64,000 bases of DNA from Mobula hypostoma (GCF_963921235.1 NC_086097.1:213282001-213346000), one strand, 5' to 3'; positions 12,641-25,369 are shown, counted from the first letter of the stretch. The notes: a model not told the origin generated them from the letters alone. Program-made: numbers and translations.

Positions 12641-13830
12641 TTCTAGCCCGTGACTCCTGCAGGGATCGCTGTATGATTCCTACTGAAATTCTTCCACCTC
12701 TTGCTTTGAGCTGGTTAGGGTACAAGATTTTGCTGGCTGAGAGGAGCTCTGGTGAACCTGAATGGGTTTTTAACAAACTGCACTCTCCTTCTCTCTTTCT
12801 CCCTCCTTCACTTTTGCAGCTGCTCCAGCCTCCTGAACTTGTGCAGCTGTTCCCAGAGTTTGCTGGTTAGATCTTTGACACCTTTTTCATCAGGTGAACT
12901 GTTTTTGAATTGTTTGTTCAGGGCCTTTATCTTGCTTCTCAGGTGGCGAATCTCCTTTCCCTTCTGTTTGGTTGCAATAATGATTTAAGCTTCCCTTTCT
13001 TCAGTGGACCAAATTGTTCTTTAGCAAAGTTGAATACAATGGCTGTGAGTGAGTCGATTGTCCTGTTGACAGGTCTTGCCAATCTAGGTTCCAAGATGCA
13101 ATCCAGGTCATCATTGAACTGCTTCCAAGATACAGTGTCTGATGATATAGGCCATCTGATTCCCTCTTTCCTTGATGAATGGATCAGGGTGTCATTTGGT
13201 CTCTTTGGCACTGGGGCTGCTCAGGTGTGGAGAGATCTTCATCTCTGTGGAGTGCTTCCTGGCTGGAGTTCTCTATTGTCTCACCAGATATTGAGTCTTT
13301 GAGTCGCCTTTGTTCCACAACTGGACCTGCTTTGGTGTTTCTTGAGGCCTTTGTTTTTGATGTTTTTGCAGATTTTGCTGCAATACACTTTGCAATGAAT
13401 GCCTCCCCAGTCAGTGTTGTTTGCTTGAGCCTTGTGCCATCTCATTACTGTATTTCTAGTCCTGGCCCCATTGCTGTTCTATCTGTCCTATTGAGTCTTA
13501 ACCCTCCCCCTCCCCGCCGAGACTCTGGGGTTATTGCCTATTTAGTTTATCCGTAACTTGTATGGTGCCCTCTTGTGAGTGCTGCACACAAGGTTGCTAG
13601 CCTTCTGTGCCTGTGCCCATGCCAGTCTTTCCTGGAGGTCAGCTGTCTTTCCAGCATTGCCAACCTTTCTTGGTTGCCATCCAGTCTTTCCTGGAAGTCA
13701 CTGGCGAACTAGATGTTGCTTGCATCATACACCGAGGTGCTCCCTTCATTTACCTGATGAGGTAGTCTTTGACCAGGAGCAGATGTCATCAGGTGGTGCC
13801 CAACCTTCATAGAGTGTTTCGACCCTTAAC

Positions 13831-14635
13831 TGAAATTTCTTTTCAAAGGTACACTTAATGTCAGAGAAATGTATACAATATACATCCTGAAATTCTTCTT
13901 CTTTACAACCATCCACGAAAACAGGAGTGCCCCAAAGAATGAATGACAGTTAAATGTCAGAACCCCAAAGCCCCTCCCAGCTCCCCCTCCCATGCTTAGG
14001 CAGCAGCAAAGCAATGATCTCCTCCCCCCCCCCCCCACACTGAGCACTCAGGCGTGCAGCAAAGTATCGATAAAGACACAGACTTGTACCTCAAAGACTA
14101 CTCGTTCACCCGGTAATTCGACATACCATAGGCATGCTCTCTCTCTCTCCCCCTAATAAGGGAGAAAGAGGTGTCTCTGTTCCCCAGCGAGAGGGAAGAC
14201 ATAACAAACAACTCGCTGATCTACGATGTTAAAGGTCCGTTGTGTCGCTTTTTCTGCGCTCCCTGCCCAAAGAACTCTGGTCTCTGAGTACGCAGCCAGC
14301 TTACTGCTTTCGATCTTTGTCACCCATGACAGACCGATATCCTCGGAGACAATGATCTTGAGTCCTCCCGCTTCCAGAGCTACGAAATCCCAGAACCCTG
14401 AAGGCGTGCTGGTCGTTTAGGCCGCGTCCTTGGCATTTTGAATAGAGCCAGTGGTGAGACTCTGAGAGCAGGTCCCACTCCTGCAAAGAACCAAAGTCAG
14501 CATGTAACTCCAGGTCATGGTCTTCAAAAGAACCTTGAAGGGGAAAAATGGAGATATTAAAGATAGAAATAGAGCCGTTTCCAAAGATGCAAGCAAAGGA
14601 ATTGCCATTGGGTGCCATCATCTCCTAAGCTCCAC
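13831..14635 (-). mobile_element. non-autonomous LINE-tailed retroelement
   Basis: 3' end attaagtgtacctttgaaa; CpG-rich 5' part; no coding homology recognised. Confidence 0.55.
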
Positions 14636-15109
14636 CCTCTAGTTTTTATTTCTGTTCTAAATAGTCTATCTCTTATTCTCAAGCTAAGCACCATAGGTCC
14701 TAGGTTTCTTGCGTAGATGAAGCCATCCTCTTTGCTTCCAGCTTCTCAAGTAATTTGTAGGGTTTTGATGAAAATTTCTATCATCCTAGTAAACTCTAAT
14801 GAATAGTTTGTTTGCTCAACCCCTCATTTATATTTTAAGCTTTTATCATGAAAATGCTAACTTGAACTTATCCAATATGTGATTTTTCTTTATGGTTTTA
14901 AAATAAATCTCCTTTTACTTTTGTCTGCATGGTGAATAGACAAGACCAAATGTCTTGGTGAAGCAGTTTGAGAATAAGATTTGTTCCATGGATCTTGATC
15001 AATTTTTTTTAGTCAAAATGTGTTTATTGTTAAACTATTAAAACATCCTGCTACAACTTCACTTCTACTAGGCTTTGATTAACTTCCAAACAACATGACT
15101 GTGGTGGTG

Positions 15110-15640
15110 ATAAATGATTTTGCCAGATGCTGTGAACCCGTGCAGCATCTGGTAATTCTATGATGTCTGTCTCAGAGCATCTTTAAAAGATGGTGAACCC
15201 TTGCAAGGCAATGGTGTACTTGGTAGGGAACTGAAAACCTGTGCCAGCCAACTGGCTGGGGTGTTCAGCCTCTCACTGCTGCAGTTCGTGGCTGAAATTA
15301 ACTCCTGCCTAAATAAGGACCTGGACCCACTGCAATTTGCGTACCGCCACTACACTATACTACACATGATCTTAGCTGAAAGGCCGAGAATACCACAAGA
15401 CCATTTAAATATAGGTGCAGAATTAGGCCATTTGGCCCATTGAGTCTGCTGTGCCATTTCATCATGGCTGATCCATTTCCCCTCTTAATCCAAGTCCCCA
15501 AATCCCTTCATGCCCTGACCAATTAAGAATCTATCAACCTCTGCCTTAAATATACATAAAGACGTTCTCCACAGCTGCCTGTGGCAACAAATTCCACAGA
15601 CTTCCCACCCTCTGGCTGGCTAAAGGAATTCCTCCTCAAA
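15110..15640. mobile_element. Rex1/Babar RT fragment (+) followed by a CR1 3' end (-)
   Basis: LKTCASQLAGVF and DLDPLQFAYR Rex1 motifs; CR1 3' UTR reverse complement from about 15390. Confidence 0.75.
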
Positions 15641-16718
15641 ACAATATAGTTGTATTGAAATAACTGCTACCAAACAATAGCACTGATGTTTGACACATTT
15701 CCTTTATCTTTAAAGTACCCAAAGAATGTTTCAAAACATTCATTTGCGCACCGGTACCTCACTTTGTGTAAGTACCAGTGTGCTAATTTTGAATAATGGC
15801 TGAAATGCTAAAGGGGGACCACACAGAGAAGCATACTGACAGTTCTGTGTTGGGAACCAAGTGGAAACCCTTGCTTACATTTTGCTATGTGCTGTAGTGG
15901 TGGATACATGACATAAATCCCTATCCGTCACTGCATTGTTTGGCGTGAAGTGGATGATATTGGGCAGATTGGAACAGCTGCCCAGTGTTGGTGGTGGGTG
16001 ATACTGAGGCGAGCAGCATCAGTTCCATATGTTGATGTACTGCCTTTATTCTGTGGATTCCCTGTGGCTTTTTAGATGTGCTGAAAGCTCTCCCAGCACG
16101 AAAGTGTCTCTGAGGCATCTTCAACTTTGAGTGTGTCAGGTGGAAATTGGCTAGAGTGCAGCTGTGAAGCTCAGGAAAGTGAGAGACAGCAGTGTCCGTC
16201 ACCATGCTGGAAAAGCTGCACACTTGAACAATACATCTCATTGGTGAGCTGCCTTTCTACTTGTTCCTGGCCTCTTAACGTCAGTCCTTGTAGGCAGCAA
16301 GAAAATTGGGTTTCTTGTACAAAAATGAGAATCAAGTAATGTTTGTTTTAAAGGGATTGTAGTTGATTAGACAGCTGATGGTATCCATTTAGGAAGGACA
16401 TGGTTGGATACAAAAAAAATTACTTTTATTTCTATCTGTATCAGTTTTCTTATAGACATATTTTAAAATATTCTTTCTGTGCACCTTGTGGGATCCTTTC
16501 CTAAATATTGGGTTAAAAAATTGCCTGTAGTTTAGATTTTATTAATGCCTAATTCTGTGGCATAGCCTTATTTGTGATGGGAGAGGCACCTTTTTTGATT
16601 ATAAATCATTTCTACAAAGTTTTGAATAAGTACAGACCTAGTTGTAAGATGACACTGTTTTCAAACCTGCTCTATTTATCTCTTTTATTGTAGTGTACTT
16701 TGGTATTAGTATATTTAG

Positions 16719-16862
<144 letters not shown>

Positions 16863-16949
16863 TAAAAATAAGTAATTGAAAAAGAAAGATTGTGAATAGT
16901 AAAATTAGAAGTTAGCATAATAAATATATTTAAGGGTAGTTGTGATTGC

Positions 16950-18990
16950 TTTAATGGGCTTTCCCCAAATGCATGACTGATAGCAACATGTGAGTTGGTG
17001 TTTGAATTATGTAGTTGCTTATTTATTTTCCAGGTAACTCCCATGAGGATGTATTTTATTGTATGTTAAGTTTTGGAGCGATGAATTGTGAATTCCATAA
17101 AGGCAAATTTGTTACTTGAGTGGTCACAAAATGGGGTAATCAGTGAAATAATTTGTTTCATTTATGGTTAAATTAACACAAATCAATACCAAGTCTTGAG
17201 CGATCTTGATGTAGGCCTAAATCAGATTTGTTTTGTACATTATAAAGGAACTAATGTCATGACTTGCTCAAAGTAAGAGCTAATAACATTGATAACTTTT
17301 GAGCAACAGAACTCAATTAACAAGCAAGATGAAAAGAATGATTGAAGTGCGGTAATTTTGGAGCTTGGAAAGCTAATTGGATAAAAATTTGGAGTAGGAA
17401 AAAGGGAAAGGGATTAGATGTGTTGTGGGAATAAATTATTTTTTGTAATAATATCAATATTCTTTGGTACATGGCATAATTCAAGTTCTAAAGATGGGTA
17501 ATTGTGGTTTAACTTTCCATCCCTGAAAATGCTGAATGTTTTGCCCATTAATAATGTCATTATTTTTCCTTAGAGATTTAACTTTTCTAGGAGATTTAGC
17601 TCATTACTTTTTAAGAGTACTGTGCAGTATTCTTGGATTGGGTTTGTCTTAGATTTTATTACATTTCGGTGCTTTTCATGGGTATTTTTGGGGAAGAATT
17701 AACTACCCGAAGGAAATGCTTCTTGGAAAGTAAACTGAATTAATTTTTGGGTCTGTTGGACTAACTTCTCTAGTGTAGATCAGGGTCATTTTTGTCATAA
17801 CTTCAGGAATGTAACTGGCTTTCAGTGAGATTTATGCTTTATCAGTTGTAATTATGTTCTATTAGTCACTAATAAATATTTTGCAAAGTAACCTGAGTCC
17901 ATATTCAAGAATGAAGTCTTATAACAATCAAAGTGTAAGTAGCTCAAGTGTCTTCCTTGGTCCATATTCCTCTGTATCAGAGGTCAGTAAATAAAACAAG
18001 GCAGCCTTATTTGGATGTGTTCATTAAAATAGTATACAGTAGGTCTAAAGCTAGTGAACAGTGGAATGGAATGTGAGTTCTCTTTGGTGTTAAAGTGCAG
18101 TTTTGCGCTGGTTGATACAAAGACTGTGTTATTGACTTTGGCATGGTTGACCCTATCTGTACAGCAGTGGCATATGCAGTGATTGTATTTAAACTGAAGA
18201 TTTAAAATGTTGCCCAAGTGGTCTTTTGGTCGGTTTATGCCTTTGTTATTCTTGGCCTGTTTCCTCCACACTGCTCAGTTTTCAGTTACAGTCGCAATTA
18301 GCACTGAGCTGTTTTGCTTAATTTGCCAGTCGCTAACTAAGTGCTGATATTTAATGTTTCATGTTTAAAGTGCTGTCAAACCATGTGATACTTGTTAGCA
18401 AACAAAGCCAGTTAATCAGTGCCTGGAGAATTAAATACATTAAGGTATAATCTACCTCTTCTTGTTCTCAATCATCTGAACTATCCATGTGCCTCCCTTT
18501 ACTACTCTTTCAATTATCCCCAAACTCCAGAGTCCTTTATTTTAATTATAATAATGCTTTCATCCTGGTCAAACTTCTTTTTAAGTGCATAAAAGCATGA
18601 AAATGGACTGTTTTCAATTTAGTCATGTAGCAGCAATGTAAAATCCACTCCTCTTTGAATCGTACTGAGAATGGCATAATAGCAAGCTTAGTAAGTCGTA
18701 AAGACTATTGTGGATGATTAGTGGGTGTGGGCAACAATCGCTATGGATTTTGCGTGAGGGATAATCGTATACTGCGTAGGAATATGTCTATTGCATACAA
18801 TAATATCAAGTGCCTCTGGAAGTTTCTTTCTGAAAAGGATATAGCTACTTACTGAGCTGGCTACTTAATTCAAAGGTCGATGATGTTTGCGACCGAGAAG
18901 AACCTAACGGCATCTGAAATAGAAATTTATGATCTTGTTTTTGACTCTATTATTGAACACCGTGTGCTATTAATGGAATTAACATCATAG
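16950..18990 (+). pseudogene. EVE-C: decayed Tymovirales-like replicase (helicase motif VI + RdRp)
   Basis: LSPNA*LIAT (16959), K*PESIFKN (about 17890), VFLGPY (17950), CVIDFGMVD (18125, motif A), WPVSST, VILVSKQSQLI (18385, motif C position), DYCG*LVG...CVRDNRILRRNMSIAYNN...LTASEIEIYDLVFDSIIEH (18703-18960). Confidence 0.78.
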
Positions 18991-19666
18991 TCTCATTGTT
19001 ATGTTCTATGTTCAGCCTTGATCTCTTGCTCTTGATGGTTCCTTGGAAGCTTTCTTTGTATCTTTTTCAGAGTCTGTTTTCTACTTGCTTTTTCCTCGTG
19101 CCTGTTTCACTGCTGCCTTATTTCAAAATATAGCTTTTGGTAACCTTTCCTAATAACCCTGTTTGTTTTTCTAAAGTGCCTTTAGACAACTTTGAATGTT
19201 CTATGTAAATGTCATGTATTATAATTTTAAAGAGAATTTACAACTTTAAGAAAAATAAAAAATACTACAGGTGACCCTGTGATACAGCAGTACAGGTAAC
19301 AGAAATTTATGGAGTTTGCAAACTGGTACCAAAAATTGGTACCAGTGGTGGGATAAATTTGCTCTTATGGAATTTGTTTAAAAAACACTATCACTTAAAT
19401 TTTGTCAACTTGCCCTCGTATTCCACATCCTCTTCGATCCTGCAGCGTGTGAACAGATGTCTTGGAGTGCAGTGCTGCTGCAGTCTTTTGAGATTTTCTC
19501 TGGTGTGCTGCACTACGGGGAGCCACAGTACCAGTTGCCAGGACCTTTAATCTATTTGCTCATTTACTCCACCTCCACTGTCATCTGGTTTTAACCCATT
19601 GTCTCCCTGCACTCGGCTACTGTCCTTCCATGAACCTTGATCTTGAATCCTATACCTCTTTCTGAT

Positions 19667-19850
19667 AACACACATCAAAGTTGCTGGTGAACGCAGCAGG
19701 CCAGGCAGCATCTCTAGGAAGAGGTACAGTCGACGTTTCGGGCCGAGACCCTTCGTCCTGATGAAGTGTCTCGGCCCGAAACGTCGACTGTACCTCTTCC
19801 TAGAGATGCTACTTGGCCTGCTGCGTTCACCAGCAACTTTGATGTGTGTT
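19667..19850. repeat. near-perfect 184-bp palindrome derived from a Penelope-like terminal repeat, containing a minimal hammerhead motif
   Basis: Arms of about 91 bp with a 2-nt loop; CTGATGA (19758)...CGAAACGTC (19777-19785). Confidence 0.8.
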
Positions 19851-19859
19851 GCCTAATGC

Positions 19860-20045
19860 ATGTATTGCATTTGTCCAGGTGTATCAAGGCTGATTGGAGA
19901 GTCAATGAGATTATTTGTTGTCAGCCTTTTGTGGCGGTAGTCAAATTGCAGTGGGTCCAGGTCCTTACTCAGACCAGGAGTTGATTCTGCTCATGACCAG
20001 CCTTGTAAAGCACTTCGTCACAGAAAATGTGAGGGCCACTTGGCA
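19860..20045 (-). mobile_element. Rex1-like RT fragment
   Basis: Minus strand reads KCFTRLVM...KDLDPLQF. Confidence 0.65.
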
Positions 20046-20153
20046 AAGCATTATGTTAAATGAGAGAAAACATTTTGTACACTTTTTAATCTAAATTGCC
20101 TTATTCAGGATTGGTAATCTGAAGCTGTTCTCTTACATTCAAACCACTAATGA

Positions 20154-20261
<108 letters not shown>

Positions 20262-20534
20262 TAGACAGAATACTTGAATGCCATATCTAATTGGTAAAAT
20301 AATTATCTGAAGTTGCATTCAAGCAACTGTCATGCTTTTTCCAAGACACATGATTGACATGCAGTTGATTTCTTATTTCTATCAATTCTGGCTCCTGGTA
20401 TTGAACCTGCTAGCAAAATTCAATTTATTGCTTTCACTTTGTTAACATTTGCAAAAAGCAATCTTATTTTAGTACATTTCTGTAAACTGAAATTTTGAGA
20501 CTTCTCTTTAGACATCATTTTTCACTACTCTCTG

Positions 20535-20808
20535 AAGGAAATTCCTCCTCATCTCGGTTCTAAATTGACTTCCCGCTATTCTGAGGATGTACACTGTGGT
20601 CCTGTACTCACCCACTACAGGAAGCATTCTCTCAACATGCATTTGATCTAGGCCTTTCAATATCTGTTAGGTTTCAATGAGAATCCCCCCCCTAAATCTT
20701 CTGAACTCCAGTGAGTACAGGCCCAGAGCCATTAAACACTCGTATGTTAACTCTTTCATTCCTGGAATCATTCTCGTTAACCTCCTCTGGACCACCTTGA
20801 ATGTCAGC
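20535..20808 (-). mobile_element. CR1 fragment
   Basis: Similar to the CR1 ORF2 C-terminus (GLYSLEFR). Confidence 0.75.
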
Positions 20809-21432
20809 TTGTAATTTCTCCAGTGTTGTCGTAGGTCTCTTGGTGGCTTCCCTCACTAGTCCCCTTGCATGGTCACTCAGTTTTTGAGGATGGCCTGCTC
20901 TAGGCAGATTTACAGCTTGTGCCATATTCTTATCATTTCTTGATGGTTAACTGTATTCCAAGGGATATTCAGTAACTTGGAAATTTTTTTGTATCCATTT
21001 CCTGACTTCTGCTTTTCAATGGCCTTTTTGCCGAATTGCTTGGAGTGTTTTTTTGTCTTCATGGTGTAAGTTTTGCCAGGATACTGACTCACCAGCAGTT
21101 GGACCTTCCAGATAAAGGCTGCACACAGGTCTCCAAAACAGATCTCCATTTAACTAATTATGTGACTTCAAAAACTATTTGACTACACCAGTGATGATTT
21201 CATGTGCCACATTGAAGGGGTGAGGTGGAGTGAATACTTAAGCAATCAATAATTTTGCTTTTTATATTTGTAACTAATTTAGGACACTTTGTAGAGATCA
21301 TTCATGTTGACATGAAAGTCTTTCTGTTAATCAGTGTTAAAAAAGCCAAATTAAATCCACTATGATTCAATGTTGTAAAACAATAAAATATGAAAATTTC
21401 TAGGGGGGCGTGAATACTTTTTATAGGCACTG
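20809..21432 (-). mobile_element. truncated Tc1 (one TIR plus the N-terminal HTH region)
   Basis: Minus-strand TIR CAGTGCCTATAAAAAGTATTCAC next to TA; MKTKKHSKQ...GYKKISKLLNIP. Confidence 0.85.
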
Positions 21433-23508
21433 TACTTAAAGACTTGGCTTCCACAGCTGCCTGTGGCAAAGAATTGTATGGAGTCACCACTCTGGCTAAA
21501 GAAATCAGTCCTCATCTTCGTTCTAAAAGGACGCCCCTCTATTCTGAGGCTGTGTCTTTTGGTTTTAGACTTCTCCTTCATAGGAAAAATCCACTCCACA
21601 TCTACTATATCAAATCCTTCCACCATTCGATAGGTTTCAGTGAGGTCATCCCTCATTCTTCTGATTTCTAGTGAATACAGGCCCAGAGCCATCAAACACT
21701 CTTCACATGACAAGCTATGTAATCCTGGAATCATCTTCGTGAACCTCCTTTGAACCCTCTCCAGTTTCAACGCATCTTTTCTAAGATGAGGGGCTCAAAC
21801 CTGCTCATGATACTCCAAGTGAGGCCTCACCAGTGCTTTATAAAGTCTCAACATTACATCCTTGCTTTTATATTCTAGTCCTCTTGAAATGAATGCTAAG
21901 ATTGCATTTACCTTTCTCACAGCAGACTCCACCTTTTTGGCATCATGCTCAAGGACTCCCAAGTCTTTTTGTACCTCTGTTTTTTATATTTTCTCTCCAT
22001 TTGGAAAATAGTCTACCCTTCAGTCAAATTGCTTGACCATATACTTCCTGACACCCTATTCCATCTGCCATTTCTTTGCTCATTCTCCTAATCTATCTAA
22101 GTCCTTCTGTAGTGCCTCTACTTCCTCAAAACTCTCTGCACCTTCACCTAACTTCATATCATCTGCAAACTTTACAACAAAGCCAAATCCATCATCAATG
22201 ATATATGACATAAAAAGAATTGGTCCCATCACACCCCTATGGAACACCACTAGTCACTGGCAGCCAACTAGAAAAGGCTCCCTTTATTCCCACTCTTTGC
22301 CACCTGCCAATCAGCCACTGCTTTATCCATGCTAGAATCTTTCCTGTAGTACCATAGAGTTGTAGTTTGTTACGTAGCCTTGTGTGGCATCTTGACAAAG
22401 GCCTCCTTTGTACTTAACACCAACTGATTCTCCTTTGTCTATCATGTTTGTTGTTTCTTCAAAGAATTCCAACAGATTTGTCAGGCGAGATTTTCCCTTG
22501 AAGAAACCATATGGCCCATTTTTTCATGTGCTTCCAAGTACCATGGACCACATCCTTAATAATTGACTCCAACAAATTCCCAACCACTAATACCAGTCTG
22601 AAAAACTGGCCTATAGTTTTCTTTCTTCTGTCTCTCCTTGAACAGTGGTGTGACACTTGCAATTTTCCAGTTTTCTGGAACCATTCCAGAATCTAATGAG
22701 TTTTGAAACATCATCAATACCCCCACAATCTCTTCAGTCACCTCTTTCAGTATCCTGGGGTGTACACCATCTGGTCTAGGTGACTTATCAACCTTCAGAC
22801 CTTTCAGTTTCCCAAGAACCTTCTCCTTAGTAATTGTACCTTCATAAACTTCATGATCCCTGACACCTGAAACTTCCACCTTACTGCTAGTATCTTCCAC
22901 AGTGAAGACTGATGCAAAATATTTATTCAGTTTGTCTGCCATTTGCTTGTTCTCCTCTTACCCCTCCACCCATTACTACCTCTGCTGCATCCTTTTCCAG
23001 TAGTCTGATACCACCCTTGTCTCTCTTTTACACTTTGTATCAGAAGAAACTTTTGGTATCCTCTTTAATATTGTTGGCTAGCTTGTATCCATGTTTCATC
23101 TTTATCTTTATGACTTGGTTTTTAAAAGCTTCACAATCCTCTAACTTCCCACTTACTTTTGTGCTATGATATGCTCTCTTTGGCTTTTATGTTGGCTTTG
23201 ACTTCTCTTGTTAGCTATGGTTGTGTCATCGTTGCTTTAAATACTTCTTCCTCTTTGGGATATATATCTCTTGTGCCTTCCAAGTTGCTTCCGGAAATTC
23301 CAGTCATTGCTGCTGGGCTGTCAACCCTGCCGTTGTTGTTTTCAAATCAAATCTTGCCAACTTCTCTCTCGTGCCTCTGTAATTCCCTTTACTCCACTAT
23401 GTAATACTGATACACCTGACTTTAGTTTCTCCTTCTTAAATTTCAGGGTGAATTTGATCATATTATGATCAATTTCCCCTCTGTTCTTTTATCTTAAGCA
23501 CCCTAATC

Positions 23509-23740
23509 CAGTGGTCCCCAACCACCGGGCCATGGACTGGTATTGGGCCACAGAGCATGTGCTACCAGGCCGCGAGGAAACGATATGATTTGGCGATATG
23601 AAACGATATGTGTCAGCTGCATCTTTCCTCATTCCCTGTCGCGCACTGTTGAACTTGAACCCCCCCTCCCGTCGGCTGGTCTGCAAGAATATTGTCAATA
23701 TTAAACCGGTCCGCGGTGCAAAAGAGGTTGGGGACCCCTG
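23509..23740. mobile_element. hAT (Charlie-like) MITE
   Basis: TIRs CAGTGGTCCCCAACC/GGTTGGGGACCCCTG; 8-bp TSD ccctaatc/ccctaatt. Confidence 0.9.
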
Positions 23741-24097
23741 CCCTAATTGATTCAGGTTCTTTGCATATCACCCAATCCAGAATAGCTGATTCTCTAGTGG
23801 ACTCAACCATGATCTGTTCTTAAAACACTTTCTCGTAGGCACTCTAAAAAATCCCCCTCCTGGAATCTAGCACCATGCAGATAATTGGGAAAATGAGCAT
23901 AAGGAAAAAACCCCTTTTTTGGCATGTGTTTTCTATCTCCTGTTGTAATTTGTAGGCTACATCCTTACTACTGTTTGGGGGTCTGTATACAACTCCCATC
24001 AAGGTCTTCTTACCCTTGCAGTTACTTAGTTCGATCCACAATCATTTAACACCTTCCGACCCTCTGTCACATCGTTCTAATGATTTGATTTCACTTT

Positions 24098-24458
24098 TAT
24101 TGAATTGACTTTATTACTTGCATCCTTCATATACGTGAGGAGTAAAAATCTTTACGTTGCGTCTCAGTCTAAATGTGTAATGTGAAATTATAGTATTTTG
24201 TTATAAATATTATGTACAACAGGGTAATCAATATAACATAGAAATACAGTTGTGTCAGCATGCCTTAAGCAGTCTGGTTAAGATGGCCTGGTGGAAGAAG
24301 CTGTCCCGGAGCCTGTTGGTCTTGGCTTTTATGCTGTGGTACCACTTCCCGGATGGTAGCAGCTAGAACGGGGTGACTCGGGTCTCCAATGATCCTTCGG
24401 GCCCTTTTTACACACCTGTCTTTGTAAATGACCTGAATAGCGGGAAGTTCACATCTAC
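24098..24458 (-). mobile_element. Rex1-like 3' fragment nested in CR1
   Basis: Minus strand RDSFFHQAI; ends in aataaagtcaattcaat. Confidence 0.7.
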
Positions 24459-25369
24459 AGACGGAGCAGCTCTGGCCCCTCTGCCTTCCTGCTTGTCCTT
24501 TCGATACAATGTGTATCCTTGGATGTTAAGTTCTCAGCTTCTTTCAGACATGAATCAGTGATGTTTACAATGTAATGCATGCTAATCTGCAACTGTGGTG
24601 CAAGTTCACTTATCTTACTCCGTATACTGTGCACATTCAAATACAGCACCTTCTGTCCTGAATTCACCCTTTTTGGTTTTGTCTGCCTTTTTCATTGCAA
24701 CTCATCCTGTTCATTCCCCTATCAACAGCCTGTCCTCACCACAGACAGCCTCTGTTTGTAAACCAGCTACTTCATCTTCAGCACGATCATCTGCCTTTCC
24801 TACAATACTACTTGCATTGCAACACATGAAGCTCAAGACACTTATTTGTACCATGATTGACATTTTGATTCCTAACTTTCTGTGACTAGTTTTATCCCCA
24901 CCATGCATCATTAACAAAGTTTTCTGCTAGGGTATTGGTCCCCTTCCACTTCAGGTACAAACTGACCCATCCATACAGGTCACACCTTCTCTGGAAGAGA
25001 ACCCTTTGATCCAAAAATCTTATACCCTCCCTCCTACACCAACTCCTTAGCCACACATCGAACTGTATAATCTTCCTAGTTCTGGCCTCACTAGCGCGTG
25101 GCACTGGTAGCAATCCTGAGGTCATGACCCTGGAGGTCCTGCCTTTTAACCTTGTACCTAACTCCCTGAACTCACTATGCCGAACCTCGTCATTCATCCT
25201 ACCATATCATTAGTGCCTGCATGGGCCACGACTTCTGACTGTTCACCCTCCCACTTATAAATGTTGAGGACTCGATCTGAGATATCCTGGATCCTGGCAT
25301 CTAGGAGGCAACATATCATCGGAAATCTTCTTCTCACCCACAGAACCGCCTGTCCATTCCCCTAATCAC

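Larger units (their letters stand above)
9249..13830 (-). mobile_element. Hero-clade (R2 superfamily, RLE) non-LTR retrotransposon, full-length but degraded, with terminal direct repeats
   Basis: RT fragments (QFRTISLL, QKGSILGFSGCLEH, WLNLANAYGSIP, FMDD); CCHC finger CKLC...HVLSGC; RLE LRLDIVLWS...VELTIP; repeats at 9249-9372 and 13716-13830. Confidence 0.88.

Noticed and set aside
18875..18920. C/D box snoRNA (GATGATG...CTGA)
   Set aside because: Only about 40 nt between the boxes and no terminal stem; better explained as part of the RdRp-like frame
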